Positions 11,089 to 21,075 of a stretch of DNA of 64,000 nucleotides are shown one piece after another. A program made the position numbers and the translations under genes. A model generated the notes under the pieces. The model made no database searches and was not told where the DNA came from. It worked only from the letters and a program-made list of their open reading frames with translations. Source of the DNA: Chthoniobacteraceae bacterium (GTDB lineage Bacteria; Verrucomicrobiota; Verrucomicrobiia; Chthoniobacterales; Chthoniobacteraceae); the NCBI GenBank assembly GCA_037190965.1, contig JBBCKI010000048.1, positions 32,001-96,000 on the forward strand, given 5' to 3'. Numbering within the stretch: position 1 is the stretch's first letter; the number at the start of each line of letters is the position of its first letter.

Positions 11089-11130
11089 ACTAATAACTCA
11101 GTAGGTACTGAATTATTAGTAGGATGTCAA
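11088..11130 (-). promoter_or_regulatory. Putative tandem BlaI operators overlapping the promoter
   Basis: TACTAATAACTCAGTA-GG-TACTGAATTATTAGTA (two TACT-N8-AGTA sites forming one near-perfect palindrome); TTGACA on the minus strand at 11125-11130. Confidence 0.7.
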
Positions 11131-11207
11131 CCGTGCCGTTTCAGCAGGCCGCTCATTCGGAGGCGAAAAGATGGCAGGCAGCTTGAGGGAAGGGCGCGCG
11201 CCAAACG

Positions 11208-11310
11208 CCAAAGCGGCGGGGGCGCCGCACTCCAAGGCGCTCTCGCGCCTGCATGGCGCACGACGGAACGCGGCAGCGTCTTGGAGTGCTGCGGTTTTCC
11301 GCAGCTTTCG
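11208..11310. repeat. REP-like doublet, family A, copy 1
   Basis: AAAGCGGCG..CCGCACTCCAA...TTGGAGTGC..GCTTT; homologous to 31026-31128. Confidence 0.8.
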
Positions 11311-11422
11311 TGCGCAGGCCCCCCCTTCGAACTCAGTGGAAAACTCCAGGCGGACTCACCCCGTGAGTCCCTTCACCCAATCCAGTCTCGCCTGCATCCA
11401 CGGGAAATCACCGTATCTCGTT

Positions 11423-13729
11423 TCATCCCCGCCGCCTCTTTTTCATCCCGGCACGATCTTCTCTCCTGCCCTTGAAACCTTTCGCCCCTTTTAGCTCTCC
11501 ACCCGCTTTCGGCGTTCTCACTCCACGTCCCTCTTTCTCCGGCGCAGGCTTGAAGTCGATCTGCTGTTTATAGACATCAACCTTGAGCACCGCCACACGG
11601 AGGCGTTCCCCAACGGCGTAAACCTTGTGCGTCTTCCGCCCGACAAAACGGAAGCGGACAGGATCGAACATATAGAAGTCACCCGAGAGCGCGGAGACAT
11701 GCACCAGCCCGGAGATCAGATACTCCGGCAATTCGATCACTAACCCATAGTTGCGAACATCGAGAATCACCGCTTCAAACTCGTCCTGCCGCGCGGCGGC
11801 GAGGGAGAAATATTCGATCTTCTTGAGCTTCACCGATTCGCGCTCGGCCTCTTCCGCCGTTCTCTCCGTCTGCGAAATATGCGCGGTTACCGAAGGGAGA
11901 TCCGCCGCCGCGATCCGCTGACGCGCTTCGCCGATATGGCCCACCACCCGGTGCACGACGAGATCCGCATACCGTCGGATCGGGCTGGTGAAATGAGTAT
12001 AGTTAACCTTCGACAACCCAAAGTGGCCCAGCGGCTCGACGCCGTACGCCGCTCGCTTGAGGCTCTTTAGAAATGCGATCTTCAACGCGTACTCTTCGGG
12101 CTGGCCCTTGATCGCTTCCAGTAGCCGCGCCAACTCGGCGCGCTGTTTGAGATCGCCGACCTTATAGTCGTAGTTCCTCACCAGCTCGCGAAATTCCGCC
12201 AACTTCTCCTCCGCCGGGTCCTCATGGACGCGGTAGACCGAAGGGTAGTTGCGCGACCGCGTTTCCTTGGCCACCGCTTCATTGGCAACGAGCATGAACT
12301 CCTCGATGAGCTGGTGCGAGATATCGTTCTCAATCTTCTCCAGCTTGACCGGGGTTCCCTGTTCGTTGAGCCAGACTTTGACCTCCGGGAAGTCGAGATC
12401 AAGCGACCCGGATTGAAAGCGGTTCTTCCGCAGGATCGACGCCAATTCCCACGCGAGCTTGATATTCTCCACCACGGCGGTCGGAATGACCTCCGTGCGA
12501 TCCGGCACCGTCGCGGGCAGCGGCTCGGGCGTTTTGCCGGTGAGAATCGCGTAGGCCTGTTTGTATGTCAGCCGCGCGACGCTCCGGATCACGCTCTTGG
12601 AGAACCTTGCCTTCTTCATCTTGCCATTGCGGCTGAACTCAATGAAGGCGGAGCGGGTCAGGCGATCCACAGTCGGCTTTAATGAACAGATGCCGTTGCT
12701 CAGCCGCTCGGGAAGCATCGGGATCACGCGGTCCGCGAGGTAGACGCTATTACCACGCTGGAACGCTTCCTTGTCGAGCGCTGTCCCCGGCTGAACATAG
12801 TGAGAAACGTCGGCGATATGCACACCGACCCGCCATCCATCGCTAGTCTTTTCCACCTGGATCGCGTCGTCGAAATCGCGCGCGTCATCGGGGTCGATCG
12901 TATAGATCAATTCCCCGCGCAGATCTTCACGCCGCGCGATCTCATGAGGCGGCACCGCCTCCGAAACCCCGTGCGCCTCCTTCACCACCTCGGAGGGAAA
13001 CTCGACGGGGAGATGGTGCTTGCGGACGATGGATAGCATATCCACGCCGGGAGCCGAAGCCGGCCCGAGGACTTCGATAATCGCGCCTTCGGGATTGATG
13101 TGGCGCGAGGTCCATTCATCGAGCCGAACCACTACTTTGTCTCCCACGCGCGGCGGTGCAGGCAGCGGCGACTCACCGGGATGCACATAGACATCGTGGA
13201 TGAACCGGGGATCGTCGGGGATGACGTAATGGAATTTCTTTGTCGTCTGGAGCGTGCCGACGATGGTGTCGGTGGCACGCTTGAGAATGCGAATGACACG
13301 CCCCTCCCGCCGCTCTCCGGGCGCAGGACGGCGGCGGCCCCGCAAGGTTTCGACACCTTCCATCCCTTCATGAATAATGCGGGCGACCACGGTGTCATTG
13401 GGCATCGCCGTCCAGGTGTTCTCTCCGGCGATATAGAGATCGGGCTGCCCCTTGCGTTCACTCAAGAGATGCGCGTTGCCGTTGGCGTGAATCTGGATCA
13501 CCCCTGTGACCAGCTGCGCCTCTTCGGGAAGCACATAGCGATCTTTGCGAACGCGGGCGATCTCGCCGCGTTGTTCGAGTTCCTTGAGAATGCCGCGAAG
13601 AAGGCTCCGGTCGTCCAAACCTAGCTTGAGCTTCTTGCTGATCTCGACTTTATCGAGCGGTTGGTAACGCGGTGAACGCATCAGCGCAAGAATGCGTTGA
13701 GCAATGATGGTGCTGGCGGGGGTGCTCAT
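11423..13729 (-). CDS. rnr: Ribonuclease R
   Basis: TIDPDDARDFDDA, HFTSPIRRYADL, C-terminal S1 domain and basic tail. Confidence 0.96.
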   Translation of the reverse strand: MSTPASTIIAQRILALMRSPRYQPLDKVEISKKLKLGLDDRSLLRGILKELEQRGEIARVRKDRYVLPEEAQLVTGVIQIHANGNAHLLSERKGQPDLYIAGENTWTAMPNDTVVARIIHEGMEGVETLRGRRRPAPGERREGRVIRILKRATDTIVGTLQTTKKFHYVIPDDPRFIHDVYVHPGESPLPAPPRVGDKVVVRLDEWTSRHINPEGAIIEVLGPASAPGVDMLSIVRKHHLPVEFPSEVVKEAHGVSEAVPPHEIARREDLRGELIYTIDPDDARDFDDAIQVEKTSDGWRVGVHIADVSHYVQPGTALDKEAFQRGNSVYLADRVIPMLPERLSNGICSLKPTVDRLTRSAFIEFSRNGKMKKARFSKSVIRSVARLTYKQAYAILTGKTPEPLPATVPDRTEVIPTAVVENIKLAWELASILRKNRFQSGSLDLDFPEVKVWLNEQGTPVKLEKIENDISHQLIEEFMLVANEAVAKETRSRNYPSVYRVHEDPAEEKLAEFRELVRNYDYKVGDLKQRAELARLLEAIKGQPEEYALKIAFLKSLKRAAYGVEPLGHFGLSKVNYTHFTSPIRRYADLVVHRVVGHIGEARQRIAAADLPSVTAHISQTERTAEEAERESVKLKKIEYFSLAAARQDEFEAVILDVRNYGLVIELPEYLISGLVHVSALSGDFYMFDPVRFRFVGRKTHKVYAVGERLRVAVLKVDVYKQQIDFKPAPEKEGRGVRTPKAGGELKGAKGFKGRREDRAGMKKRRRG

Positions 13730-13882
13730 AGAGGTTCAGCGGGAAAAAGTGTTTTGGAATTACGAAGCCCAACCCAAAAGCTGCTTTGGACTTGCGCATC
13801 GCCTCCCTTGCAGAATGTACCACCCCAACTCGAAAGTTGGAAGCGGCATTGCACAGGGCAGACGCATCGGGTGCAGCGGCAA

Positions 13883-14041
13883 GGTAGTCCGCTCTCGCCG
13901 AGAGCGCGGGATCGATTGACGAGTCGCGTTTGGCGTCCATCCCCGCAGGACGGGCTGCTGCTTGTCGGGGCGGTCCCATGAAGCCACGGGAGCCAAACCC
14001 CGCGCTCGGCGGCGCGAGCGGGCTACCGGTGCTGCCGCACC
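13883..14041 (-). repeat. GTAG-type REP doublet / MITE, family B, copy 1
   Basis: GGTAG(T/C)CCGCTC..CCG..GAGCGCGGG inverted ends around a conserved spacer; 4 copies in the window. Confidence 0.88.
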
Positions 14042-14070
14042 CCTCTGATTTGCGCGCTACGCCAGTCTCG

Positions 14071-16707
14071 CTACTTCCCGTCCTTCGACTCGGGCCGTAC
14101 CACGGCCAGGATGGAAGGCGTGTCCGCAAAGTATTTTTGCGCGACCGCCTTCACTTCCTTCAGCGTGATCGCCTCGATCCGCGTCCGCAGGCGTCGGTAG
14201 TCATCGAAGCCCAGCCCGTAAAGCTCATCAAGGGCGCAAGCGTGCGCAAAGGCATCGTTGCTTTGATTGCGAATTTCCTGCTGCCCGAGCAGCTTTTCTT
14301 TCGCGCGGCGAAGCTCGTCCACCGTCAGCCCTTCCTTGGCCAGCTGGCTGATCTCATCGAGGAACTCGGCCTTGACCGCTTCCACCTTCGCGGGCGCGGT
14401 GCCCAAATAGAAAACAAACGGCCCGGGAACCAACCCCGCCAACTGGCTCGTGCCGACAAAATAGGCCAACCCCAGTTTTTCGCGGATGCGGATGAAGAAG
14501 CGCGAACCGAGATCACTGCTCGCTTCGTCGATCAACTCGAGGGCAAGACGATCCGGGCTATAAAGATCGGTGCCCCGATAGCCGATCATCACAATCGCCT
14601 GCGCCTTGTCTTTGAATTCCTCGACACTTTTCGCCTCGGTAAGCGGCGCCGGTTGCGGCAACTTCGCGAGCGCGGGCTCTCCCTTGGGGAGATTACCAAG
14701 GGCCTTCTCCACCAGCGCCTTGACCTCGGCGGCCTTCACATCGCCGAAGACAGCGATGACCCCATTGCTTCCCGCGACATATTGCTGATGAAAAGCGGCG
14801 AGTTGATCGCGGTCCAGCGCCTTGACGCTTTCCACCGATCCATTGCCGCGCAAGCCATAGGGATGCCCCGGGTAGAGATTGCGCCTCAGGAGGTTACGCG
14901 CCATCGTCGTCATCTCCTCCTCCTCGGCCTTGATGGAGGCAAGCTGCGCTTCCTTCTCGCGGGCAATCGCCTTTTCCGGGAACGCCGGATTGCGAAGCAC
15001 ATCCGCCAGAATCTCCAGCCCGGTGGCCAGATCGGGCTCCATGACCTTCACCGAAATGTTGAACGAGTTGTTCCCCGCCTCCGCGCCGATCCCGCCGCCG
15101 AGCGATTCGATTTCCTCGGCGATCTGTTCAGCGCTACGGGTTTTCGTCCCCTTGAGGAGCGTCCTCGAAAAAAGCTTGGTGATGCCGTTGGATTCCGTGT
15201 TCTCCACCAGCAGCCCGGCCTTGAAGGTCGCTACCATGGAAACGAGCGGCAACCGGGCATCTTCGCGAACGAGAAGCCGGAGGCCGTTGGAAAGCGTGAA
15301 CTTCTGGATCTCCCCCGCCGCCAGCGGTGCCGCTTCCTGGGCCGCCGCCGCCAGCGAACCGACCGGGTTCAAGGAGGAGACCGTCAGGTTGCGATCTTCA
15401 AAGTAAGTCTGCAAAACGCGGGTGATATCGGCCACCGTCACTTTCTGCACCGCTTCAAGATAATCGCGGGTGAAGTCGAGGTTACGGATCAGCATCCAGT
15501 TCGTCCCGAGATCGGACGCCTTGCCGCGCGTGGTGGCGAGGCCGCTGAGATGTCCGGCGAGAGTCTGCTTCTTCGCCTTGGCGAGTTCCTCCGGCGTGAT
15601 GCCGTCGCGTTTCAACTCTTCCAGGATCGCCAGCACCCCTTTTTGGACGGTCTCCCGTTTATCGGGGTCAAGGGTCGCATCGACGCCGAAAAGCCCAGGC
15701 TGCCCCGGGGTATAACACCAGGCGTGAATGGCATGGGCGGAGCCCTCCTCTTCACGCAGCTTGCGATAAAGGCGGCTGGAGCGCCCGCCCCCCAGCACGA
15801 GCGCGAGAAGATCCAGCGCGGGCACGTCGGGATGGGTGACCTCCGGGATGTGCCACGCCATGTCGAGCCGGGTCAGCTCCGTCGGAAACTCCCGATGCTC
15901 TTCGCGGCGGCCGAGTTGCATCGGCTCCTGCGGAATATAAACCGGAGCAATGGCCTGCCGGGGATATTTCTCGAAATAGGTCGCGATCTGTTTGTAGACC
16001 TCCTCGGCGTTGACATCGCCGACCACGACAAAAAAGAGGTTATTCGGCACGTACCGGGCCTTGTAATAGGCCATCACATCGTCGCGCGTCAGCGTGTTGT
16101 AGACGTCCAGATGCCCGATGACCGGATAACGGTAAGGGTGCTCGCGGTACGCGGTGGCAAAAAGTTTGCGCGAGCTCACCCGGTCCGGGTCATCCTCGCC
16201 CATGGCGAACTCGCGACGGATCACCTCCTGCTCCTTGACGTATTCTTCCGCCGGGAGCGTGGAGTTCATCATCGCGTCGGCAAGAATATCGATCGCCGTC
16301 GCGGTGCCCTTGGAGGGGAGATCGATCCAGTAGACCGTCCGCTCAAACGAGGTATAGGCGTTGATGTAACCGCCGAGATCCTGCACCGACTGCGCGATCT
16401 CGTTCGGTTGGCGCGTGGTCGTCCCCTTAAAGAGCATGTGCTCCAAAATATGGGAGAGCCCCGCGCCGAGCTGTTTATCCTCGGTGATCGACCCCGTCTC
16501 GCACCACGCCTGCACGCTGGCTACCGGCGCGGAGTGATCTTCCTGCACGATCACCACAAGCCCATTGGGCAACGTCCATTGCCGCGCGGTCGTGGCGGGG
16601 AAAATGCCGGAGGCGGCAGCGGAAAGTTCAGGCTTGGCTTTTTGAGCTTCGGATAAAGTCGGCATGAGGAAAAAAACGGTCGCGAGCGCCGCAGAGATGC
16701 CTTTCAT
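14071..16707 (-). CDS. M16 (pitrilysin-like) zinc protease, exported
   Basis: Signal peptide, GLSHILEHMLFKGT (HxxEH), duplicated N/C halves. Confidence 0.93.
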   Translation of the reverse strand: MKGISAALATVFFLMPTLSEAQKAKPELSAAASGIFPATTARQWTLPNGLVVIVQEDHSAPVASVQAWCETGSITEDKQLGAGLSHILEHMLFKGTTTRQPNEIAQSVQDLGGYINAYTSFERTVYWIDLPSKGTATAIDILADAMMNSTLPAEEYVKEQEVIRREFAMGEDDPDRVSSRKLFATAYREHPYRYPVIGHLDVYNTLTRDDVMAYYKARYVPNNLFFVVVGDVNAEEVYKQIATYFEKYPRQAIAPVYIPQEPMQLGRREEHREFPTELTRLDMAWHIPEVTHPDVPALDLLALVLGGGRSSRLYRKLREEEGSAHAIHAWCYTPGQPGLFGVDATLDPDKRETVQKGVLAILEELKRDGITPEELAKAKKQTLAGHLSGLATTRGKASDLGTNWMLIRNLDFTRDYLEAVQKVTVADITRVLQTYFEDRNLTVSSLNPVGSLAAAAQEAAPLAAGEIQKFTLSNGLRLLVREDARLPLVSMVATFKAGLLVENTESNGITKLFSRTLLKGTKTRSAEQIAEEIESLGGGIGAEAGNNSFNISVKVMEPDLATGLEILADVLRNPAFPEKAIAREKEAQLASIKAEEEEMTTMARNLLRRNLYPGHPYGLRGNGSVESVKALDRDQLAAFHQQYVAGSNGVIAVFGDVKAAEVKALVEKALGNLPKGEPALAKLPQPAPLTEAKSVEEFKDKAQAIVMIGYRGTDLYSPDRLALELIDEASSDLGSRFFIRIREKLGLAYFVGTSQLAGLVPGPFVFYLGTAPAKVEAVKAEFLDEISQLAKEGLTVDELRRAKEKLLGQQEIRNQSNDAFAHACALDELYGLGFDDYRRLRTRIEAITLKEVKAVAQKYFADTPSILAVVRPESKDGK

Positions 16708-16734
16708 AAGGCAAAAAACAGAAAAACCTACGTC

Positions 16735-17208
16735 CTACCCTTCTTTGCCGTCGCTCTTGGCGGCGACGCTCTTGCGCTTGGGCGCACGGGTGGGGAGCGA
16801 AGCAGGGACCACGGCCAACACCGGCTTTTCAGGCAGGTAAGGCTTCACGAAGGCTTCGTGGAAATCGTAGCAGTTCTTGAAATCCTCGATGCTGTCGGTC
16901 TCCGTTTTACCAAAGATCCCCGCGTTGATGAGGTTGAAAACCATATGCCCGACATCGGTGCATTCCTTGACGCCCCAGGTATCGAAGACCGTGGGCACCA
17001 TCGGGCCGAACTCCTGAATCGCAAACTGGCGCACTCCTTCGAGCAATTCCGGCCCCGTGACATGCCGGGAGAGATCGGACTTCTGTTTCTTCCGACTTTT
17101 GATGGTGAAATCGAGAGCGTCCCGCAGGAAGAGATACGCCTCTTTATCGAAGCGTCTGTCTTCGGCGACAATCTGATCCAAGGCTTCCGCGAAACCGATT
17201 TTCTGCAT
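16735..17208 (-). CDS. Minf_1886-type conserved Planctomycete/Verrucomicrobia protein
   Basis: EAYLFLRDALDFT, HVTGPELLEG, DVGHMVFNLINAGIFGKTETDSIEDF; start taken at MQKIGF. Confidence 0.78.
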   Translation of the reverse strand: MQKIGFAEALDQIVAEDRRFDKEAYLFLRDALDFTIKSRKKQKSDLSRHVTGPELLEGVRQFAIQEFGPMVPTVFDTWGVKECTDVGHMVFNLINAGIFGKTETDSIEDFKNCYDFHEAFVKPYLPEKPVLAVVPASLPTRAPKRKSVAAKSDGKEG

Positions 17209-17221
17209 AATAATTTGGATT

Positions 17222-17395
17222 TCAACGCGTTCCGTCACCCGAGGCGTGCTTCCGCACCTCTCCCGCCGCCCCCACCTTCCGTGAGAGCCCAGGGCCCTCC
17301 CCTGGATGCCGGAACCAGCGCACTGTTATTCCGATCGTAATCGAAATCAACACTGCGCCCACGAGAATCGCCTCGCGATGGGTCAACCGAAACAT
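17222..17395 (-). CDS. Small single-TM protein (57 aa), below the ORF-track cutoff
   Basis: MFRLTHREAILVGAVLISITIGITVRWFRH...; stop 13 nt before the next gene, same strand. Confidence 0.6.
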   Translation of the reverse strand: MFRLTHREAILVGAVLISITIGITVRWFRHPGEGPGLSRKVGAAGEVRKHASGDGTR

Positions 17396-17570
17396 GCTGA
17401 AACCCCGGGAGCCTACGCGGAGGGAAGAGGAGCGTCAACTCTCCCGGAAGCCCCGGAGTTTGCGGGGCTCCCTTAATTCCTCTCGCCTCCCTAGGCCCTT
17501 CCCCTCTTCAGAGAGGCGCAATCTCCATTGCCGCTCCGAATCCCGTAGAAGAAAAAATGAAATCCTCTCA

Positions 17571-17598
17571 TTGACAACCGGCGATCACCCCCTAGGAT
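17571..17598 (+). promoter_or_regulatory. sigma70-type promoter of rpsU
   Basis: TTGACA-N16-TAGGAT. Confidence 0.6.
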
Positions 17599-17737
17599 TC
17601 CCCTTCGCGCTGGCCCAGTATTTACAGCAGCCGCGTCTGAAGAAATTCGAGAGCCACCACTCGAGGATCTGAAAAAAAATTAAAAAATTTAGCCCGACTT
17701 AACCGTCTTTTAGACCAGGACCGAAAAGGAGAAAACC

Positions 17738-17932
17738 ATGCCAGAAGTTGTCGTTCGCAAAGGGGAACCCATCGACCGCGCATTGAAGCGTTTGAAGAAC
17801 AAGCTCGATTCCGAAGGGGTGATGGAAGAAGTTCGCCGTCTGCGCGCCTTCGAAACCCCGACGCAAAAGACCAAGCGCAAAGCCAAAGCCAACGCCAAGC
17901 GCATGAAGATGAAGTTCCGCTTCAGCTCCTAG
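17738..17932 (+). CDS. rpsU: 30S ribosomal protein S21
   Basis: MPEVVVRKGEPIDRALKRLK...FETPTQK; AAAGGAG SD. Confidence 0.93.
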   Translation: MPEVVVRKGEPIDRALKRLKNKLDSEGVMEEVRRLRAFETPTQKTKRKAKANAKRMKMKFRFSS

Positions 17933-17970
17933 CGTCCAAAAAATTTCGCGCATTTAGCTGCGCCCCCTAC

Positions 17971-18016
17971 AAACAGCCACTGCTTCGCGGATTCTGCGGG
18001 CAGTGGCTGTTTTTTT
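17971..18016 (+). terminator. Intrinsic terminator after rpsU
   Basis: AAACAGCCACTGC...GCAGTGGCTGTTTTTTT. Confidence 0.8.
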
Positions 18017-18067
18017 GCAGAAATCGGATTGCGGAATGCGCGCCGGAGGCGCGGCAAAAGCTCACCC

Positions 18068-18095
18068 CTCGTTCCCAATCTCCAGATTGGGAACG
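18068..18095. repeat. Single REP-like palindrome (family D)
   Basis: CTCGTTCCCAATCTCCAGATTGGGAACG; only one copy in the window. Confidence 0.5.
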
Positions 18096-18149
18096 CCCTT
18101 GTCTTCGAATCTTCGGTTCGTCCGCTTACGGGATTCCCAAGGCGTCCCC

Positions 18150-18773
18150 CTACCCCACCGCCAGATCCAACTCCGTCTGTCCCGGCTCGATCACCAGAAG
18201 CGGTGGCCGTCCCAGGAGGTTTGAGAGCATTTCTCTGTTCGTCGCCCCAGCGACATCCCCTGCGGGCTCCGTTTCGTTGAAAATGAACCCGGCAAAGGGA
18301 ATCCCGCGCCGCTCGATGTCGCGCACGGTTAGGAGCGTGTGATTGATCGCGCCGAGCCTGTTTTTCACCACGACCGCCACGGGGAGGGCAAACTCCGCCG
18401 CGAGGTCGGCCACGAAAAAATCGCGCTCGATCGGCACGAGCCATCCCCCCACCCCTTCGACGATGAGCGAACGATGCCGCGCCCGGAGGGATTGGAACAC
18501 CTCCCGAATCAGGGCCAGATCGACCGGACGGTTCTCCACCATCGCGGCGGTATAGGGAGCCGCCGGGGTTCGAAACCAGACCGGGTTGATCACGTTGAGC
18601 GGCTCCTCGCCGTCGCAGGCGCGGTGCAGCACCTCCGCGTCCTCCCGGTCACCCGCGCAGATCGGCTTCATCGGCGCGGTGTCAAACCCCGCCCGGCGCA
18701 AGGCACGGACGAGAAGCGACGCGACGTGGGTTTTGCCCACGCCGGTATCGGTCCCTGTCAGGAAGAGATTCAT
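18150..18773 (-). CDS. bioD: Dethiobiotin synthase
   Basis: TGTDTGVGKT, VEGVGG, LGAINHTLL. Confidence 0.95.
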   Translation of the reverse strand: MNLFLTGTDTGVGKTHVASLLVRALRRAGFDTAPMKPICAGDREDAEVLHRACDGEEPLNVINPVWFRTPAAPYTAAMVENRPVDLALIREVFQSLRARHRSLIVEGVGGWLVPIERDFFVADLAAEFALPVAVVVKNRLGAINHTLLTVRDIERRGIPFAGFIFNETEPAGDVAGATNREMLSNLLGRPPLLVIEPGQTELDLAVG

Positions 18774-20173
18774 ACGCCGATCTTTTCAAGGATCGCCCCG
18801 GCGATCCTGTCCGCGTGCGCGGAAATGTGCGTGTCGTCGCGCCCCTCGATCAGAAGCCGGATCTTCGGCTCCGTCCCCGAGTAGCGAAGCAGCACGCGAC
18901 CTGCCCCCTTGAGTGAGGCTTCCGCCTCTTTGACCAGCGCGAGTACTTCGGGAAGCTGCTCCAAGGGACGCTTCTCGCGAACTTTGAGATTCCGTTGCGC
19001 TTGCGGGTACTTCCGCAGGCACTTCTTGAGTTCGCTGAGCGGGACGCCCGTTTCGGTCATGATCCGGAGGATCTGAAGCGCGCTCACGATCCCGTCGCCG
19101 GTGGTCGAATAATCGTTGAAGATCATGTGGCCGCTCTGTTCGCCGCCGACATTGTAACCGCCGCGCATCATTTCTTCGATCACGTAACGGTCGCCAACCT
19201 TCGTGCGGATAACCCGCCCCCCGGCGCTGGAAAGCGTTTCGTCGAGGCCGAAGTTGCTCATGATCGTGGCGACCAGCGTGTTGCTGATCAGCCGCCCCTG
19301 CCGAAGCAGGTCGAGCGCGGCGATCGCCATAATCTCATCCCCGTCCACGACTTCGCCACTTTCATCGCACAACAGGACGCGATCCGCGTCGCCGTCGTGG
19401 CTGATTCCAACGCGCGCGCCGGTTTCCTTGACGAGCCGGGCGATCTCCTCGGGGTGCGTGCTGCCGCAGTTCGCGTTGATGTTACGACCGTTTGGCGCAT
19501 TGTGAGCCACGATCAGATCGGCCCCCAACTCGCGAAGAATGCACGGGCTAGATTTGTAAGCGGCTCCGTTGGCGCAATCGAGGACGACCTTCATCCCCTC
19601 GAGCGTCAATCCTCGGGGGAAGCTCGCCTTGGCGTACTCGATGTAGCGGCCCAGGGCGTCGTCGATGCGCGTGGCGCGGCCAATGTTATCGGCGGTGGGG
19701 CGGATCGACTCGATCTCGCCGCTGAAAACCAAGTTCTCGATCTTCGCCTCGATGGCATCGTCGAGCTTGTAGCCGTCATGCCGGAAAAACTTGATCCCGT
19801 TATCCTCGTAAGGATTGTGCGAGGCGCTCAGGACAATCCCCGCGTCGGCCCGCAGCGAACGGGTGATATAGGCGACCCCGGGGGTCGGCAGCGGCCCGAT
19901 TACGAGCACATCGACGCCGAGCGAGGTGATCCCCGCGACGAGCGCATTCTCCAGCATGTAGCCGGAAATCCGCGTGTCTTTGCCGATGACGATCTTGGGG
20001 CGCACGCCGTCGCGATGCGCGCGTGGCGCCAGAGTGGTGATGATGTGAGCGGCGGCACGGCCAAGCTTGAGCGCCGTTTCAGCCGTTACCGGCTCGACAT
20101 TGGCGACGCCGCGCACGCCATCGGTGCCGAAGATTTTACGGGGGAGTGAGGAAGGATTAGTGGTGGATGACAT
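18770..20173 (-). CDS. glmM: Phosphoglucosamine mutase
   Basis: FGTDGVRG, SASHNP, DGDADR, GGEQSGH, RYSGTEP. Confidence 0.97.
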   Translation of the reverse strand: MSSTTNPSSLPRKIFGTDGVRGVANVEPVTAETALKLGRAAAHIITTLAPRAHRDGVRPKIVIGKDTRISGYMLENALVAGITSLGVDVLVIGPLPTPGVAYITRSLRADAGIVLSASHNPYEDNGIKFFRHDGYKLDDAIEAKIENLVFSGEIESIRPTADNIGRATRIDDALGRYIEYAKASFPRGLTLEGMKVVLDCANGAAYKSSPCILRELGADLIVAHNAPNGRNINANCGSTHPEEIARLVKETGARVGISHDGDADRVLLCDESGEVVDGDEIMAIAALDLLRQGRLISNTLVATIMSNFGLDETLSSAGGRVIRTKVGDRYVIEEMMRGGYNVGGEQSGHMIFNDYSTTGDGIVSALQILRIMTETGVPLSELKKCLRKYPQAQRNLKVREKRPLEQLPEVLALVKEAEASLKGAGRVLLRYSGTEPKIRLLIEGRDDTHISAHADRIAGAILEKIGV

Positions 20174-20300
20174 CAGAATGGGCAGGATTATAGCTCCTCG
20201 ACGTTGTATCGATGTTCTTTTTTATGAGAAACCAGAGGGTTGTCGCGATCAGCAGCGAGACGAGCTTCGCCCCCCAATTGTTCAGAATCAGATTCTTCAT
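20157..20300 (-). CDS. Minimal CdaR/YbbR-like membrane peptide (47 aa) overlapping cdaA
   Basis: MKNLILNNWGAKLVSLLIATTLWFLI resembles the YbbR N-terminal TM anchor; canonical position between cdaA and glmM. Confidence 0.7.
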   Translation of the reverse strand: MKNLILNNWGAKLVSLLIATTLWFLIKKNIDTTSRSYNPAHSDVIHH

Positions 20301-21075
20301 ACTTTTCGAGCAACAGCAGTTGGCCAAGACGGCGCTTAAAACTATCAGGGTCGAAGTTCCGTTCGACACGACCCCGGTGGCAAATGGAAACAATCCCCGT
20401 CTCCTCGCTCACGACGATGGTAATGGCATCGCTCTCTTCGGTGATCCCGAGTCCGGCACGATGCCGCAAGCCAAGGTTGCGATCCAGATCGTGGCGCTGG
20501 CTGATCGGGAAAACGCAGGCCGCCGCGAGCACGCGGTCGTTACGGATAATCACGCCGCCGTCGTGGAGGGGCGTTTTTGGATGGAAAAAAGTCACCAGCA
20601 ACTCCGGCGATAGCTCGGAATCGACCTTCACACCGGTCTCGGCCATCGGGTGCAGATTGGTGTCGCGCTCAAGGGCGATCAGCGCGCCGAACTGCCGGTT
20701 GGAGAGTTCGAAGGCGGTCTCCGTCAGGAGCTCGATGGTTTCCCGGTTCTGGGTGACCGTTGCAAAAACATGCTGGCTCCCGAGCGCCGCCAGCGCCCGC
20801 CGCAGTTCCGGCTGAAAGATCACGACAAGGGCGATGGCGAGAAAGGCGGTGAACGAACGGATCAACCAGTAAATGACCTCCAACTGAAGGAGTTGCGAAA
20901 TCAGCGTGAACGTCAGCAACAACCCGAGAAGCCCGGTCAGCACCTTGGCCCCGCGCGTGCCGCGGAAGTAAAGGTAGCTGTAGTAAATGACGACCGTCAG
21001 AATCGCGATCTCCAGCGGAGAGCGCCAGCTCTCCGCGATGAAGTCGAATACGCGGCTCAATCCGTCGGCAATCAT
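20188..21075 (-). CDS. cdaA: Diadenylate cyclase (c-di-AMP synthase)
   Basis: 3 TM helices, VIFQPELRRAL, PLHDGG, GLRHRA, VVSEETG. Confidence 0.95.
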   Translation of the reverse strand: MIADGLSRVFDFIAESWRSPLEIAILTVVIYYSYLYFRGTRGAKVLTGLLGLLLTFTLISQLLQLEVIYWLIRSFTAFLAIALVVIFQPELRRALAALGSQHVFATVTQNRETIELLTETAFELSNRQFGALIALERDTNLHPMAETGVKVDSELSPELLVTFFHPKTPLHDGGVIIRNDRVLAAACVFPISQRHDLDRNLGLRHRAGLGITEESDAITIVVSEETGIVSICHRGRVERNFDPDSFKRRLGQLLLLEKYEESDSEQLGGEARLAADRDNPLVSHKKEHRYNVEEL

